Shown one piece after another: positions 62,359-64,000 of a stretch of 64,000 bases of DNA. This stretch comes from Basidiobolus meristosporus CBS 931.73. Taxonomy: Eukaryota > Fungi > Basidiobolomycota. The stretch spans positions 186,001 to 250,000 of the forward strand of contig MCFE01000013.1 of the NCBI GenBank assembly GCA_002104905.1. Direction: 5' to 3'. Position numbers and translations under genes: made by a program. Numbering within the stretch: the first letter of the stretch is position 1; every line of letters begins with the position of its first letter. The notes beneath the pieces are model-generated. The model saw only the letters and a list, made by a program, of their open reading frames with translations, searched no databases and was not told the DNA's origin.

Positions 62359-62386
62359 TAGGAGCCCCAAGCTGTCACTCACTGCA

Positions 62387-64000
62387 ATGTCTACTACTGC
62401 TACTACTGACATTTTTCCCTCTGCTGAAAAATTGAATGGATCTAACTACCAAGTGTGCAAGATCAAGATGAAGATGCTGCTACAAGAGAGAGGCCTTTGG
62501 GATATTGTCATGAGAGACAAATACCCTCCTCAAAGTGTGGGAGAGGAATCCTCAAGGCACCAGAAGAAAGAACAAAGTGCCTTTGATTGCATTTGCCTTA
62601 ATACTATAGAGAAATAGCTAATAAAGTGCTCAAGAGCAAAATGGCAAAGAATGCCTGCAAGGCATTAGATGATACCTACCAGTCATGTTCAGCTGCCAAG
62701 AAAATGTATCTTAGTCAAAAATTCTTTACTACAAAGATGCAACCAGTAGAAGAAATGAAAATTCTAGCTAATAGATTTACCCTGCTGGTAGATGAGATGG
62801 AATCTGTGGGCATACCAGCAACTGATGAGGATGTGATAGTAACCATCCTGAATAGCCTGGCAGATGAGCCTCAGGGCCATGTATCAGCCCTAGAGTCTAG
62901 AATTAAAGATTTGACCTTAAATTACATATATGGAAGGCTCCTGGATGAAGAATCAAGAAAATCAAGCACCAATAAGAAGGAAGAAGAAAATGCTTTAATA
63001 AGCAATGATAACCAACAAAGGAGGTACCCAAGACCTTACAAAGGAAGCAGCAACCTGTTTTGCAACTACTGCATAAGGAAAGGTCACACATCAGACTGGT
63101 GTCTCAAAAAGACAGATAATCAGCAAAAAAAGCCTGAATATGGAAATGCTGCAATAACTGAAAACAGACTATTCATATCTGCACTAAGTATGACCACAAA
63201 CAAGGATTCTCAGACATGGTATACTGACTCTTGAGCATCTCAACACTTTACACACCAAAAAGAACTTTTTACCCAATATCAAGAAATTCTAGTCAAGAAG
63301 GCTTCCATGGGTGATAATAGAACACTTGGTACAGTGGGAGAAGGAACTATCCAAGTAAACCTTAGAAGCAGTGAAGGAGGCCATGCAATGACCTTTAAAG
63401 AAGTATCCTATACACCAGAAATAGCCAGGAGCCTACTTTCTGTAAGCAAGGCCACAACAGAAGGACTCAGTATCAACTTTGACAATTCTGGATGCAGGAT
63501 TACTGATCAAAATGGTGCTCATATTGCTTTGGGTTTCAGAGATGAGAATCTGTATAAGTTGAATTATATTTATACATATCTGGAAGCCAGTATAAGTAAC
63601 TTGAATGAAGAAGCACCAATGCTCTAGCACAGGAAATTTGGACACATCAATGTGATTATTTGCACAAAACAATCAAAGATCAGCCAATTTCTGGAGTAAA
63701 AATTGATCATCCAGCTAATTTGGAGCACTGTGAGGCCTGCATACTTAGATAACAAGCCAGACAACCACTCAAGAGCTCTGTATTAATCAATACTAAGAAA
63801 AAGTTATATCTAATTCACTCAGATCTGTGTTGACCTATACAAGATTGATCCTTAGGCAGGATGAAGTACTAATCACATTTATTGATGATTATGCAAGATG
63901 CACATGGGTCTAATACATGGAGAGAAAGAAAGAAGCTCTGTCTAAGCTCAGGGACTTTGAATTCATGGTGGAGGGAGAAACTGGTGAAAAAATCTAGAAA
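62387..64000 (+). pseudogene. gag-pol: Second Copia gag-pol (Gag, PR, start of IN), runs off the window
   Basis: Homologous to 4461-2850 (reverse); CNYCIRKGHTSDWC, WYTDS. Confidence 0.92.

Noticed and set aside
1-64000. Most of the 60-110-aa ORFs in the supplied track
   Set aside because: They are antisense or off-frame readings of the TE copies described and have no independent support.

Overview
This is eukaryotic DNA, probably fungal (an inference from the TE families and the fungal-type CACTA and Gypsy proteins). It is a 64-kb nest made almost entirely of transposable elements, with no recognisable host gene, tRNA, rRNA or CRISPR array. Families resolved by eye: (1) a Ty1/Copia family with ~348-bp TGTTG..CAACA LTRs, including one full-length but pseudogenised copy at 165-4841 with a GAATT TSD; (2) Gypsy family A with 367-bp LTRs and a TGGTAGC PBS; (3) Gypsy family B with 0.8-1.07-kb LTRs and a tRNA-Lys PBS, present as four solo LTRs, one partial LTR and one LTR+gag copy, whose 4-bp target sites appear to be centred on CpG; (4) a fourth LTR family, seen only as a solo LTR and a fragment; (5) a CACTA/EnSpm family with a divergent ~690-codon accessory ORF, in many nested fragments; (6) a PHIS (PIF/Harbinger-superfamily) family with AGACTTGTTCCATTG TIRs and ANT TSDs (Pangu-like), plus its ~730-bp fold-back MITE. 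CpG is strongly depleted except in the youngest copies, and many nonsense mutations are C-to-T. Best leads: CpG-centred integration by Gypsy B, the Pangu-like element with an unassigned accessory protein, and arm-to-arm homogenisation in the palindromic MITEs. All alignments and counts were done by eye. Internal fragment boundaries are approximate.
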